Positions 19,806-30,100 of a DNA stretch of 64,000 bases are shown piece by piece. Within the stretch, counting starts at the first letter, position 1, and every line of letters starts with the position of its first letter. The position numbers were made by a program, and so were the translations under genes. The notes below the pieces were generated by a model. That model was not told where the DNA came from. It did not search any database and saw only the letters and a list, made by a program, of their open reading frames with translations. The stretch comes from Acidobacteriota bacterium (GTDB lineage: Bacteria; Acidobacteriota; UBA6911; RPQK01; JAJDTT01), in NCBI GenBank assembly GCA_965209055.1, contig OZ242374.1, positions 4,896,001 to 4,960,000 on the forward strand. Reading direction: 5' to 3'.

Positions 19806-21575
19806 GTGAAGTTCTCAAGATCGAAAATGTTATGGGCAACCGTGCTGACTTTGGCCGCCTTATCCGGCGCCGTGCCATCTGCCCTGGCCCAGGACGACCG
19901 CACCACGGCCAGCGAGGTGGTGGACCGGGACACCCTGAAGGCCTTTGTCCTCTCCGCGAGGGATTACATCGCGAGCATAACTGACATCAATCAGTTGGCG
20001 GCGCTCGCGGTTGAATTACGGGAAGAAGGAGGGGATTGGAAAGACGGAAACATGTATTTCGTCATTCTCTTGCCGAACGGTACCGTGTGGTTTCACGGGG
20101 CCGACGTCAAATTGGATGGAACCGATGTCTCGGGTGTCAAAGACGACGATGGAGTCGAGGTCGTACAAGAGATTCTCGCTGCAGGCAAAACGGAGGGCGG
20201 AGACTTTGTCGAATATACGTGGGACGATCCCTCGGACCCGGACGACACCAATCCCAAGGTTTGCTACGCCCTCGGTTACACATCCGAGTTGGCGCAAACC
20301 GATTTTATCCTGGTGGCCGGCTACTACCAGGATCTCTCCGCCGTTGAGACCGACATTGGTGAACTCCCCGATCCACCGGCACTCAACGCAGCGCACGTCG
20401 TGGACCGGGAGACCCTGAAAGCGTTCGTCCAAGGAGCCGTCGCATGGACTTTCGAAAGCGTGGCCGAGCATGACCTGGGTTTGGTGAAACTGACGGAGGA
20501 ATTCCGCAGAGAGGGAGGGCCATGGAGACAGGGGGCCACATACCTCTTCGTTATGACCGAACAAGGGTTTGTGCTCTTTCATGGCTCTCGACCGGACCAG
20601 CAAGGTCACATTCAGATCGAACGCGAGGACCGCAACGGATTCAAATTCGTGAACGCCCTCATCGATGCGGCCACCTCGGGAGGAGGTTACGTCGAATATT
20701 ATTGGGACGATCCGTCGGTGATGGGAGACGAGGATCTCGGCTCCGCCAAGGTCGGCTACGCCGAGACCATCGCGGTGCCGGACAACAGTCCCGTCTACGC
20801 GGGCGAAACCCTGGTCATCGGCTCCGGATTCTACAAGGGACACCAGATGGCCCTGGACTTCGCCCATTTCGCCAATGGCGGATCCTTCAGCTCCGACGTG
20901 GTGTTGGTGAACCTGGCCGCCACCCCGATCCGGCCCCTGGTCTATTTCTATGGCGAGGACGGCGAGCTCATCGACCCGGGATCGGTGGTGAACGTCATGG
21001 GCAACCTGTTCCCCACCCCCTTTGGGGCTCTGACCCTTCTGACCGAGTTGCCGGCCCTGGGAGAGATCACCATTTCAACCAACGGCATGGGAGGACTCAC
21101 GACCGGATCGGTCAAGGTGGTCACGGAAGGCCTCGACAGTCCCATCGGCGGGGTGCTTCGATTTGACGCACCCGGCATCGGCGTGGCGGGTGTGGGCGCC
21201 AGCCAGGCGGTCCGGGACGCCGTCATCCCGGTGCGCCGCCAGATGGGAGGCATCGACACCGGAGCGGCCCTCCGCAACCTGAGCGAGTCGGAGCTGACGT
21301 TGGACTGCCACTTGATGATGGGCGGCGAGATGATCGAAATGCAGGAGGTCACACTGCCGGCCAACGGCCAGGACGCCATGTTCATCAGCGAGTTGTTCGA
21401 GCACGACACGTCCGATTTCACCGGGTCCCTGCGCTGCACGGCCCCGGCGGGCGAGCAGGAATTTACCGGCGTGGCCGTGGAGTTGGATGCCATGAACGGC
21501 ATCTTCACCACGCTGCCGGTGGTGCCGTTGAGCGGGCACATGATGTCTGAAGAGGAGATGGCATCGGACGAATAG
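19806..21575 (+). CDS. secreted protein: 2x single Cache domain + one C-terminal 'DFAHFANG' module
   Basis: Signal peptide ending ALA-Q. Two repeats of DR.TLKAFV...Y.FV....G.V.FHG...D.NG...GG.VEY.WDDP...G.Y, then LDFAHFANGG...FTTLPVVP. No TM helix or output domain. Confidence 0.8.
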   Translation: MKFSRSKMLWATVLTLAALSGAVPSALAQDDRTTASEVVDRDTLKAFVLSARDYIASITDINQLAALAVELREEGGDWKDGNMYFVILLPNGTVWFHGADVKLDGTDVSGVKDDDGVEVVQEILAAGKTEGGDFVEYTWDDPSDPDDTNPKVCYALGYTSELAQTDFILVAGYYQDLSAVETDIGELPDPPALNAAHVVDRETLKAFVQGAVAWTFESVAEHDLGLVKLTEEFRREGGPWRQGATYLFVMTEQGFVLFHGSRPDQQGHIQIEREDRNGFKFVNALIDAATSGGGYVEYYWDDPSVMGDEDLGSAKVGYAETIAVPDNSPVYAGETLVIGSGFYKGHQMALDFAHFANGGSFSSDVVLVNLAATPIRPLVYFYGEDGELIDPGSVVNVMGNLFPTPFGALTLLTELPALGEITISTNGMGGLTTGSVKVVTEGLDSPIGGVLRFDAPGIGVAGVGASQAVRDAVIPVRRQMGGIDTGAALRNLSESELTLDCHLMMGGEMIEMQEVTLPANGQDAMFISELFEHDTSDFTGSLRCTAPAGEQEFTGVAVELDAMNGIFTTLPVVPLSGHMMSEEEMASDE

Positions 21576-21696
21576 TCGAATGGAGGCCATAGAACGAATC
21601 CGGGCGGGCCGTATCGTCGGCCTGCCCGGATGGTCCGGTGTTGGAAACGCCGGCTTTCTTCTTCCCGGCCCCTGACTTGACCGGCGGACCGGCCGG

Positions 21697-21731
21697 AAGC
21701 CCGTGGCGATACTTGCCACGGGCTTTTGTTT
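21697..21731 (+). terminator. intrinsic terminator
   Basis: AAGCCCGTGGC-GATACTT-GCCACGGGCTT followed by TTGTTT, between paralogs 1 and 2. Confidence 0.7.
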
Positions 21732-21785
21732 ATTGGATGCTTACCGCCAAAGAATCACATCTCAACGGGAAAGGAACGGATTTCC

Positions 21786-24284
21786 ATGAAGTTCTCAAGA
21801 TCGATGTTGCTATGGGGATTGGTACTCAGCTTGTCCGGGATTCTCGGCGCAATGTCCCCGATTCTTGCTCAGGACGCAGAGCTGACCACGGCCAAAGATG
21901 TGGTGGAGGCGGCTCCCGACGAGACCAAGGATACGCTGAAGAAGTTCGTCGAATCCGCGAGAGATCACTTTTTGACCCTTCCCATCAGTGCGCTCCTCAC
22001 GCTGGGGGACACCCTGCGGGAAGAGGGCGGGGATTGGAACTACAAGTCCATGTACCTCGTTGTCCTGACCGACACGGGCTCCGTGTTTATTCACGGCGAA
22101 GATATGAGCAAAGACAACACGGACCTGACGGAAGAGGTAGACGACAATGGGAAAATGGTCGTCCAAGAGATCGTCGACACGCTAATAGAAGATGAAGAAG
22201 AGGAAGTATTCGTCGAGTACACGTGGGACGATCCGGCAACCGACGACACGAATCCCAGGTATTGCTTCGCCATCAAGGGCGGTCATCCCGCGTTGCCCGG
22301 CCGGGTGTTCATTCTGGTCGGCGGCTATCACGTGAACGTTGCGACGAGCACGGATCCGGGAGAGGAAACCGAAGAGCTCCCTGAATTGCCGGAGGTCTCG
22401 GCCATGGACGTCCGGGATCGGGAGACCTTGAAGGCTTTCGTTCAAGGGGCGGGCGATTGGGCTATTCGGGCCCTGCCGACATTGAGCTTCGATCTGCAGA
22501 AATTGGAGGCCATCTTCAGGCTGGAAGGGGAAGGGGGTCATTGGAAGAGCGGCTCCACCTACATCTTTACGATGACGCCTGACGGCAGGGTGATTTTTCA
22601 CGGGGCCCGTGAAGACCAGGAGGGCACGATCAACATCGACCTGGAAGACCGCAACGGATTCAGATTCGTGGAGGCTCTCATCGGTGCTGCCATCGACGAG
22701 GACGCAAGCGGGTATGTCGAGTATTACTGGGACGATCCGGGCGTCGACGGGGATGAGGCATTAGGGTCCGCCAAGGTTGGCTACGCCGAAGCCCTCACGC
22801 TACCGGACGACTTCGCGATTTTCCCCGGTGCCACTGTCATCGTCGGCTCCGGCTTCTACAAGGGCAACCAGTTGGCTCTCGACTTCGCCCACTTCGCCAA
22901 CGGGGGAGGCATCACCTCGGACGTCGTGGTGGTGAACGCGTCCGCCAATGCGGTCCAGCCGGACATTTACTTCTACGACACGATGGGCGGACTCATCGAG
23001 GCGGGATCAGTCGTGGACGTCATGGGGCAGGGTCTGGAGGTCACGAGCTATGGAGCTCTGACCGTCCCGACCGCAATCCCGTCGCTGGGCGAGGTCACCA
23101 TCCCGACCCACGGCATGGGAGACCTGATGACCGGGTCGGTGAAGGTGGTTTCCGACAGTACCGACAGCCCCATCGGCGGTGTTCTGCGCTTTGATCTCAC
23201 CAATGTCGGCGTGGCCGGCGTCGGATCCAGCAAGCCGGTTCGGGACGCCATCTTTCCGGCGCGCCGCATGGCAGGCGGGATCAACACCGGGGCGGCGTTC
23301 CGCAACCTGAGCGAGTCGGAGCAGACGCTGACCTGCCGCCTGATGCAGGACGGTCAGGCGCTTGGCGACGATGCGATGGTCGAATTGCCGGCCAACGGAC
23401 AGGACGCCAAGTTTATCCACGAACTGTTCGACCACGACACGTCCGACTTCACGGGGTCGGTCCGCTGCATGTCGCCGGAAGGGGAGCAGGAGTTCACCGC
23501 CGTCGCCCTGGAGTTGGATACCAACAACGGCGTCTTCACCACCCTGCCGGTGGTGCCGGTGGATATGGACGGATCCGGCTCCGGCAACGGACAAGCCACA
23601 CTCTATTTCGCCCACTTCGCCAATGGAGGCGGCATCACCTCGGACATCGTGGTGGTGAACGCGTCCGCCACGGCGGCCCAACCGGACATCTACTTCTACA
23701 ACACCATGGGTGAAATCATTGATGCGGGATCGGTGTTGGACGTCATGGGACAAGGCCTGGAGGTCACGGACAGCGGATCTCTGACCGTCCCGGACCCGAT
23801 ACCGCCATTGGGCGAGGTCACCATCCCGACCCACGGTATGGGAGACCTGATGACCGGTTCGGTAAAGGTGGCTTCCGACAGCACTATCGGCGGAGTCCTG
23901 CGCTTTGATCTGACCAATGTCGGAGTTGCCGGCGTGGGGTCCAGCCAGCCGGTCCAGGACGCTATCTTTCCGGCGCGCCGCATGGCAGGTGGGATCAACA
24001 CCGGGGCGGCGTTCCGCAACCTGAGCGATTCCGAACAGACGTTGACCTGCCGGCTGATGAAGGCCGGTCAGGCGCTTGGCGACGATGCAATGGTCGAATT
24101 GCCGGCCAACGGACAGGACGCCAAGTTCATCCACGAACTGTTCGACCACGACACATCCGACTTCACGGGGTCGGTCCGCTGCATGTCGCCTGCAGGGGGA
24201 CAGGAATTCACTGCCGTCGCCCTGGAGCTGGATGCAAACAACCGCGTCTTCACGACGCTGCCCGTGGTCCCGGTGGCGCAGTAG
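21786..24284 (+). CDS. secreted protein: 2x single Cache domain + two tandem 'FAHFANG' modules
   Basis: Signal peptide MKFSRSMLLWG...ILA-Q; two Cache repeats; C-terminal module duplicated (~22878-23560 and ~23601-24277). Confidence 0.8.
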   Translation: MKFSRSMLLWGLVLSLSGILGAMSPILAQDAELTTAKDVVEAAPDETKDTLKKFVESARDHFLTLPISALLTLGDTLREEGGDWNYKSMYLVVLTDTGSVFIHGEDMSKDNTDLTEEVDDNGKMVVQEIVDTLIEDEEEEVFVEYTWDDPATDDTNPRYCFAIKGGHPALPGRVFILVGGYHVNVATSTDPGEETEELPELPEVSAMDVRDRETLKAFVQGAGDWAIRALPTLSFDLQKLEAIFRLEGEGGHWKSGSTYIFTMTPDGRVIFHGAREDQEGTINIDLEDRNGFRFVEALIGAAIDEDASGYVEYYWDDPGVDGDEALGSAKVGYAEALTLPDDFAIFPGATVIVGSGFYKGNQLALDFAHFANGGGITSDVVVVNASANAVQPDIYFYDTMGGLIEAGSVVDVMGQGLEVTSYGALTVPTAIPSLGEVTIPTHGMGDLMTGSVKVVSDSTDSPIGGVLRFDLTNVGVAGVGSSKPVRDAIFPARRMAGGINTGAAFRNLSESEQTLTCRLMQDGQALGDDAMVELPANGQDAKFIHELFDHDTSDFTGSVRCMSPEGEQEFTAVALELDTNNGVFTTLPVVPVDMDGSGSGNGQATLYFAHFANGGGITSDIVVVNASATAAQPDIYFYNTMGEIIDAGSVLDVMGQGLEVTDSGSLTVPDPIPPLGEVTIPTHGMGDLMTGSVKVASDSTIGGVLRFDLTNVGVAGVGSSQPVQDAIFPARRMAGGINTGAAFRNLSDSEQTLTCRLMKAGQALGDDAMVELPANGQDAKFIHELFDHDTSDFTGSVRCMSPAGGQEFTAVALELDANNRVFTTLPVVPVAQ

Positions 24285-24349
24285 AGAGTTACACCGCAGG
24301 AATGAATTCAGTGAGAGCCTCCGCTGGTCAGAGTAAAGGAGCACCCACT

Positions 24350-25609
24350 ATGAAACTTCCTAAATCGCTGCTTCTCATGGGGGTCTTGGCTTCGGCGGTC
24401 GTCTTTTCCGCGTGGCACCCCGCCCTCGCCCAGGGCAACGGGATCACGGCCAGAGAGGTCCTGGACCGGGAGACGCTGAAGGCCTTCGTTCAGTCGGCAA
24501 AGGCATACGTGGAAGGCATCACCGACGCTGCCCAGATCGACGATTTATTGAACGAGCCATGGAGGTTCGGCTCCGTCTACGTCTACCTTTCGAATGACGA
24601 GGGCGTCATCCGCTGGCACGGGGCCAATGCGGCCCTGGTGGACCAGGATCTCAGCGGCGTGGTAGACGCGCTCACCGGGGCCCCGTACGTCCAGGAACTC
24701 ATCGCCGCAGCCCGATCGGGAGGAGGCTACGTCGAGTATCATTTCGACGATCCGTCGATTGAAGGAGACGAAGACCATACTTCCCCCAAATTGGGATACG
24801 TCGAGCCTTTCACTTCTCCCATTGCGGATCTCTTTCCGGAACAGGACATGGTCATTGGCTCCGGCATCTATCTCGGACATCAGGTCGCGCTGGACTTCGC
24901 CCATTTCGGCAATGGATCCACAATCAGTTCCGACATCGTGTTGGTGAACCTGGCCGCCACGCCGATCCGGCCTACGGTCTACTTCTACGACGAGATGGGC
25001 GAACTCATCGATCCGGCGTCCGTGGTGGATATCGGGGGGAATTTGACAGCCACGGATTACGGGGCGGTTACGCTCCAGTCCGAACTGGCACCCTTGGGCG
25101 AAGTCACGATCTCGACCAACGGTCAGGGCGAGACCGTGACCGGATCGGTGAAAGTGATCTCCGACGGTCCCCACAGCCCCATCGGCGGAGTCCTGCGATT
25201 TGACGTTCCCGGCGTCGGCGTGGCCGGGGTCGGAGCCAGCCAGGCGGTCCGCAACGCCATCTTCCCGGCCCGGCGTCAGGCTGGAGGCATCGACACCGGT
25301 GCGGCGCTCCGCAACCTGAGCGAGAAGGAGCTGACGTTGACCTGCAGCCTGATGATGGGCGGCGAGTTGTTGGAAGAGGCGGACGTGCCGCTGGCGGCCA
25401 ACGGCCAGGACGCCAAGTTCATCAGCGAGATGTTCGAAACCGACACCTCGAACTTCACGGGATCGGTGCGCTGCATGGCGCCGGGAATCGCTCAGAAGTT
25501 CACCGGAGTCGCGGTTGAATTGGATGGCGTGAACGGCATCTTCACCACGCTGCCGGTGATTCCTCTGCAGGGCGGGATGCCCGCCATGGAGGAAATGGAG
25601 TCCGAATAG
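24350..25609 (+). CDS. secreted protein: 1x single Cache domain + one 'DFAHFGNG' module
   Basis: AAGGAG RBS, signal peptide ending ALA-Q, DRETLKAFV...WHG...GGGYVEYHFDDP, then LDFAHFGNG...FTTLPVIP. Confidence 0.8.
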   Translation: MKLPKSLLLMGVLASAVVFSAWHPALAQGNGITAREVLDRETLKAFVQSAKAYVEGITDAAQIDDLLNEPWRFGSVYVYLSNDEGVIRWHGANAALVDQDLSGVVDALTGAPYVQELIAAARSGGGYVEYHFDDPSIEGDEDHTSPKLGYVEPFTSPIADLFPEQDMVIGSGIYLGHQVALDFAHFGNGSTISSDIVLVNLAATPIRPTVYFYDEMGELIDPASVVDIGGNLTATDYGAVTLQSELAPLGEVTISTNGQGETVTGSVKVISDGPHSPIGGVLRFDVPGVGVAGVGASQAVRNAIFPARRQAGGIDTGAALRNLSEKELTLTCSLMMGGELLEEADVPLAANGQDAKFISEMFETDTSNFTGSVRCMAPGIAQKFTGVAVELDGVNGIFTTLPVIPLQGGMPAMEEMESE

Positions 25610-25742
25610 GAGGGGGGACTGTTGGTCCCCCATTGGGACAGGCGGCTTCCTTGCCGCCTGCTGGATCGATATAACGATCGGGAAGAATAGAGGGCCTCCG
25701 TCCCCCGCCCCCCCTGGTCGGCGACAGGAAAGTCGCCGCTCA

Positions 25743-25834
25743 TCACTTCAAAAACGCGTAGGAGACTCCCAGGGTCAGATAGAGGCCTCCCATCAATAGG
25801 ATGCCGGCCCACCGGACCTTGCCGTAGCGGTACT
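25743..25834 (-). pseudogene. displaced, diverged copy of the 3' end of the Nramp-family gene at 30832-32208
   Basis: Reads YRYGKVRWAGILLMGGLYLTLGVSYAFLK* versus YRYGKAWWASIVLMGCLYLVLGVSYAFLK*. Ungapped at offset 5089; identical 18-mer CCTTGCCGTAGCGGTACT at 25817-25834 and 30906-30923. Confidence 0.85.
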
Positions 25835-25857
25835 TGAACGGAAAGAGTATTTCCCTT

Positions 25858-27132
25858 GTGAATCCATTTCGCTTCATTCACACCGCAGACGTTCATCTGG
25901 ACAGCCCCTTGAAGGGGCTTGCCAGACATGAGGGTTCCGCGGCCGACTCCATTCGCACCGCCACCCGGACAGCTTTGCATCAATTGGTCGGACTCGCCAT
26001 CGAAGAGCAGGTCTCCTTCCTGATCATCGCCGGCGACCTCTATGACGGCGACTGGCGAGACTACCGGACGGGCCTGTACTTCGTCAGCGAAATGGGCCGC
26101 CTCCATAGGTCCGGCATTCCCGTCTATCTACTCTACGGCAATCATGACGCCAGGAGTCAGATCACGCGCCGCCTCACCCTGCCCGGGAATGTGCACGTTT
26201 TCGGATCACGAAGACCACAGTCCTTTGCGATTGACAGCCTGAACGTCGTCCTTCACGGACAGAGCTTCAGGCAACGGGATGTCACGGACAATCTGGCGCT
26301 GAATTATCCGGAACCGTTCCCGGGCGCCTTCAACATCGGCGTCCTGCATACGGGACTCGGGGGTGCCAGCGGCCATGAGAACTACGCGCCGTGTGCACTC
26401 GCCGACCTTATCGGCAAGGGCTACGACTACTGGGCGCTGGGCCATGTTCACCGTGCGGAAGTACTTCATTCCCGGCCCCATATCGTGTTTCCCGGGAACT
26501 TGCAGGGACGGCACGTGCGGGAGACCGGCGCCAAGGGCGCCACCATGGTCACGATCGACAACGGCGAAATCTCAGATCTTGAAACCTTGCCTTGTGATGT
26601 CGTGCGTTGGACCGTCGTGACGGTCGACTTGGGGTCTGCGACAAGCTTCGACGAGGTCTTGGATCGAATTCGGGACGCCCTTGATGATGCCGTCGACACT
26701 TGCTCCGGAGGTCGTCTTCTGGCGTGCCGCATCGTGCTCCAAGGCCGTACCGAAGTCCATGGCCGACTTCTGACGGACGAGGAGCCACTCCTCGCCGAGG
26801 CGCGCTCCGTGGCGCTGGGCCTCGGGGATGACGCGGCCTGGGTGGAAAAGGTGATCGTGGAGACCGAACCGGCGATCGCCCCGGAAATCCTGGAGCGGCG
26901 GGAGGATGCCGTCGGCGAACTGCTCCGGATGCTGGAGGAGGCGGGTTCCGATACCGACCTGCTGCACCGGCTGGAGACCGACATCGGTGGGATGGTCCGT
27001 CGGCTACCGTCGGAGGTGCGGTCCGCAGTGGAGGATACGGTGCTCAAGGCCGCGGTCGACGGCGACCACGCCGCGTTGATCGGCGGAGTGGCGCCGTTTC
27101 TGTCCGCACGGCTGACGGAAGGACGAGACTGA
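25858..27132 (+). CDS. Mre11/SbcD-like metallophosphoesterase nuclease (YhaO type)
   Basis: FIHTADVHLD, AGDLYD, GNHD, GVLHT, DYWALGHVH, PGNLQGRH..ETG.KG. Confidence 0.92.
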   Translation: MNPFRFIHTADVHLDSPLKGLARHEGSAADSIRTATRTALHQLVGLAIEEQVSFLIIAGDLYDGDWRDYRTGLYFVSEMGRLHRSGIPVYLLYGNHDARSQITRRLTLPGNVHVFGSRRPQSFAIDSLNVVLHGQSFRQRDVTDNLALNYPEPFPGAFNIGVLHTGLGGASGHENYAPCALADLIGKGYDYWALGHVHRAEVLHSRPHIVFPGNLQGRHVRETGAKGATMVTIDNGEISDLETLPCDVVRWTVVTVDLGSATSFDEVLDRIRDALDDAVDTCSGGRLLACRIVLQGRTEVHGRLLTDEEPLLAEARSVALGLGDDAAWVEKVIVETEPAIAPEILERREDAVGELLRMLEEAGSDTDLLHRLETDIGGMVRRLPSEVRSAVEDTVLKAAVDGDHAALIGGVAPFLSARLTEGRD

Positions 27133-27133
27133 A

Positions 27134-30100
27134 ATGCGTTTCGGACAGCTTGACCTGCTCCGTTACGGGCACTTCACGGACCGTTCCTTCGGGTTTCCGG
27201 CCAGCGAGGTCGATTTCCACGTGGTGTTCGGTCTCAACGAGGCCGGAAAATCCACCGCGCTCTCGGCCATCGAGGACCTCCTGTTCGGCATTCCCATGAG
27301 AACTCCCTACAATTTTTTGCACGACTACGGGAGCCTGCGGATCGGCGCCGTCCTGGAAAACGAACAGGCGTTGCTGCAGGTGGTTCGCCGCAAGGGCAGT
27401 AAGGATACGCTGCTCGGGACCGACCAGCTTCCGCTGCCGGGCGGCGAGACTGCGTTGCGACCTTTTCTGGCGGGCGCTGATCGTCCTTTCTTCGAGCGGA
27501 TGTTCAGTCTCGACCACGTTCGGCTCGAAACCGGCGGTCGGGAGATTCTGGAAGCCAAGGACGATGTCGGGCAGGTGCTGTTCTCAGCTGGCGCCGGGCT
27601 TACAGGCCTGCGAGATCTGCTGGGCGAGCTTTCCCACGAGGCCGACGGACTCTGGGCGCCGAGAAGGGCGAGACGCAGAAAGTTCTATCAGGCTCTTGAC
27701 AGGCTGAGGGACGCCGGAACGGAGCTGCGGCAACGGACGGTCACGGCCCACAAGTGGCATGAGTTGAAACAGGCGTTCGAACGCGCCGAAGAGGCCTACG
27801 CCGGAATCGAGTCCGAGTTCGAGAATCTTTCCGCCGAAGTTCGCCGGCTCAGTCGCATCCGGCGCGTCTATCGCGAGGTCTGCCGCATGGTCGACCTGGA
27901 AGAGGAAAAGGATATTGCGGCGTTGGAAAAGGTCGTCCTGCTGCCCGAAGACGCTCGACGGGTCCTGGAGGAATCGGAGCGAAGGGACAGCGAGTTGACC
28001 ACCCGGATCGAGACTCTCTCCGGTCGCCTGGCCCAAGCGCGGGAGGAGTTGAGCACTCTCGAATACGATGAACGGCTGATCCTTCGCGACCCGGACATCA
28101 CCCATCTCCATGAACGCCGGATCGAGGTCCGCCGCGGGAAGGATGACCTTCCGAAGCGGCAGGCGGAGCTCGCCGCGGCGGAAGTCGAGCTGCGGGACCT
28201 GGCCGCCGAGTTGGGCTGGAAAGAGGAAGTCGGCAAGTTGATCTCACGCATACCGGCGCGGACCAAGCTGGGGGTCCTGCGGTCCCTCCTGAGCCGGCGA
28301 GGCAAGCTGGCCTCGGACCGGGAGAACCGGGACGAGAACGTGCAGGAGGCGCAAGCCGAACACGAAGAGATTCGACAGACCATCGAGGTCATGGGCGAGA
28401 CCTTCGATGTCTCTCGGTTGAGATCGGTCATCAGGGCGATCCGGGAGAGCGGCGACATCACCGGGCGCGTACGCCGGGCGGAGTTGGAGGTCAGGCACAC
28501 TGAGGATCGCCTGGATCGACTGCTCTCCGCCTTGCACCCGGCTGTCCCGAGTCCGGAAGCCGCCAGGGAGATGCGCGTGCCCCCGGCGGCCACCGTGCAG
28601 GCGCATCGGGACAAGCTGCAGAGCTGGGAGCGGCGCACCCACGAGGCGGTCCGCCAACTTGCCCGCACCAAAAAGGAACTTCATCGAGCTCGCAAAAAAT
28701 TCCGGAGCGCCATGCGAGAGGAACAGATCGTCTCCTTGGAGACCCTCCGGGAGGCCAGAGACGATCGGGACGCTCTCTGGAGATTGGCCAAGAAAAAGCA
28801 CATCGACAATCTGCGGGTGACCGCCGAGGAGGCGAGGCGCTACGCGCACGCGCTCGATGACCTGGCGACGGCCGTGGCAACCGCGATACGCAACGCGGAC
28901 GACTTGGCGGACCGACGATTCGACAACGCCGAAGCGGCCGGACGCTTAGCGGAGATGTCCCGCACCATCGATGAGCAGGAGTCCGGCGTGTCCCAGCTCA
29001 CCCAACTCCGGGAGGAGCTCGTTCAGGAAGGCGAGCGCCTGCACGCCGATTGGGAGACCTTGTGGAGCCGGGCGCCATTTTCGCCGTTGCCTCCCGACGC
29101 CATGCTGGAGTGGATGAAGACGCGAAATGATCTGCTGGAAGCGGTCGACGACCGGGCCAGGGCGGCCCGCACGCTGGAGGTCCACTGCGAAGAGCTGCGA
29201 GAGGCCAGAGCGGAGCTCCTGGCCGAATTCTCGTCACTCGGCGCCGACCCCGGCTTGTTGGAGCAGCAGACCCTTCCGATGTTGCTGGAGCGTGCGGACG
29301 GAATACGTTTGGATCATGAGCAGGAGGCGGACACCAAGAGTCGATTCGAGGACCGCCTGCAGGAAGCGAAGTCCACCCTGGAGCGTCGCCGCCGCGAGTT
29401 GGCCCGGGCGGAGCAGGCGTGGGTCCGGTGGCGGAAGGAGTGGTCGGCCGCCCTGAACGAGGTCGGGCTCGCCATGGGCTCGAATCCCGATTCGGTGTCC
29501 GCTCTGATCGACGTCATGGACCGGATACGAGAGAAGTCCCTGCGGATCAACGACCTGCGCCATCAACGCATCGGAAAGATCCGGCGAGACGTGGCCGACT
29601 TCGAGGCCCTCGTCGAGAAGATGGTCCATGAGGTGGCGAGAGACCTCTCCGGGACACCCGCCGAGGACGCGGTTGTGGAGATTGAGGACCGCTTGGCCGA
29701 CGCTCGGCGCACACGTGACCTTCGGGCCAGGAAGGAGCAGGAGACAAGAGATCTGGAGAACAACCTCCGCGTCCTGGTGGAGGACCGCGAAGCGGCACGT
29801 GGGTCGGTCAACTATCTCAGGGACGCGGCCGGCGTGGCGACCAGTGGGGAGCTGAGCAACGCCATTGAGAAATCCGAATCCCTGCGGGCGCTGCACCTCG
29901 AGCTGGCTACGATCCGGAAAGCACTGGAGCAGCAAGGGGATGGTCTGACGGCGGCGGAGTTGGAAGAAGAGTGCGAAAACGTGGATCTGGACCAGGTCGT
30001 GGCCCAGGAAGACACGACCCAGGCCAGACTGAGGCGATTGCGGGACCAGTTGGCCGCCGCTGCCGAGCAGCGAGCTCAGGCTCGAAGCGCTTTCCAGGCG

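Noticed and set aside
19806-25609. Diversity-generating retroelement acting on the paralog repeats
   Set aside because: There is no reverse transcriptase in the window, and differences between copies look like ordinary, often synonymous substitutions, not adenine-specific changes.
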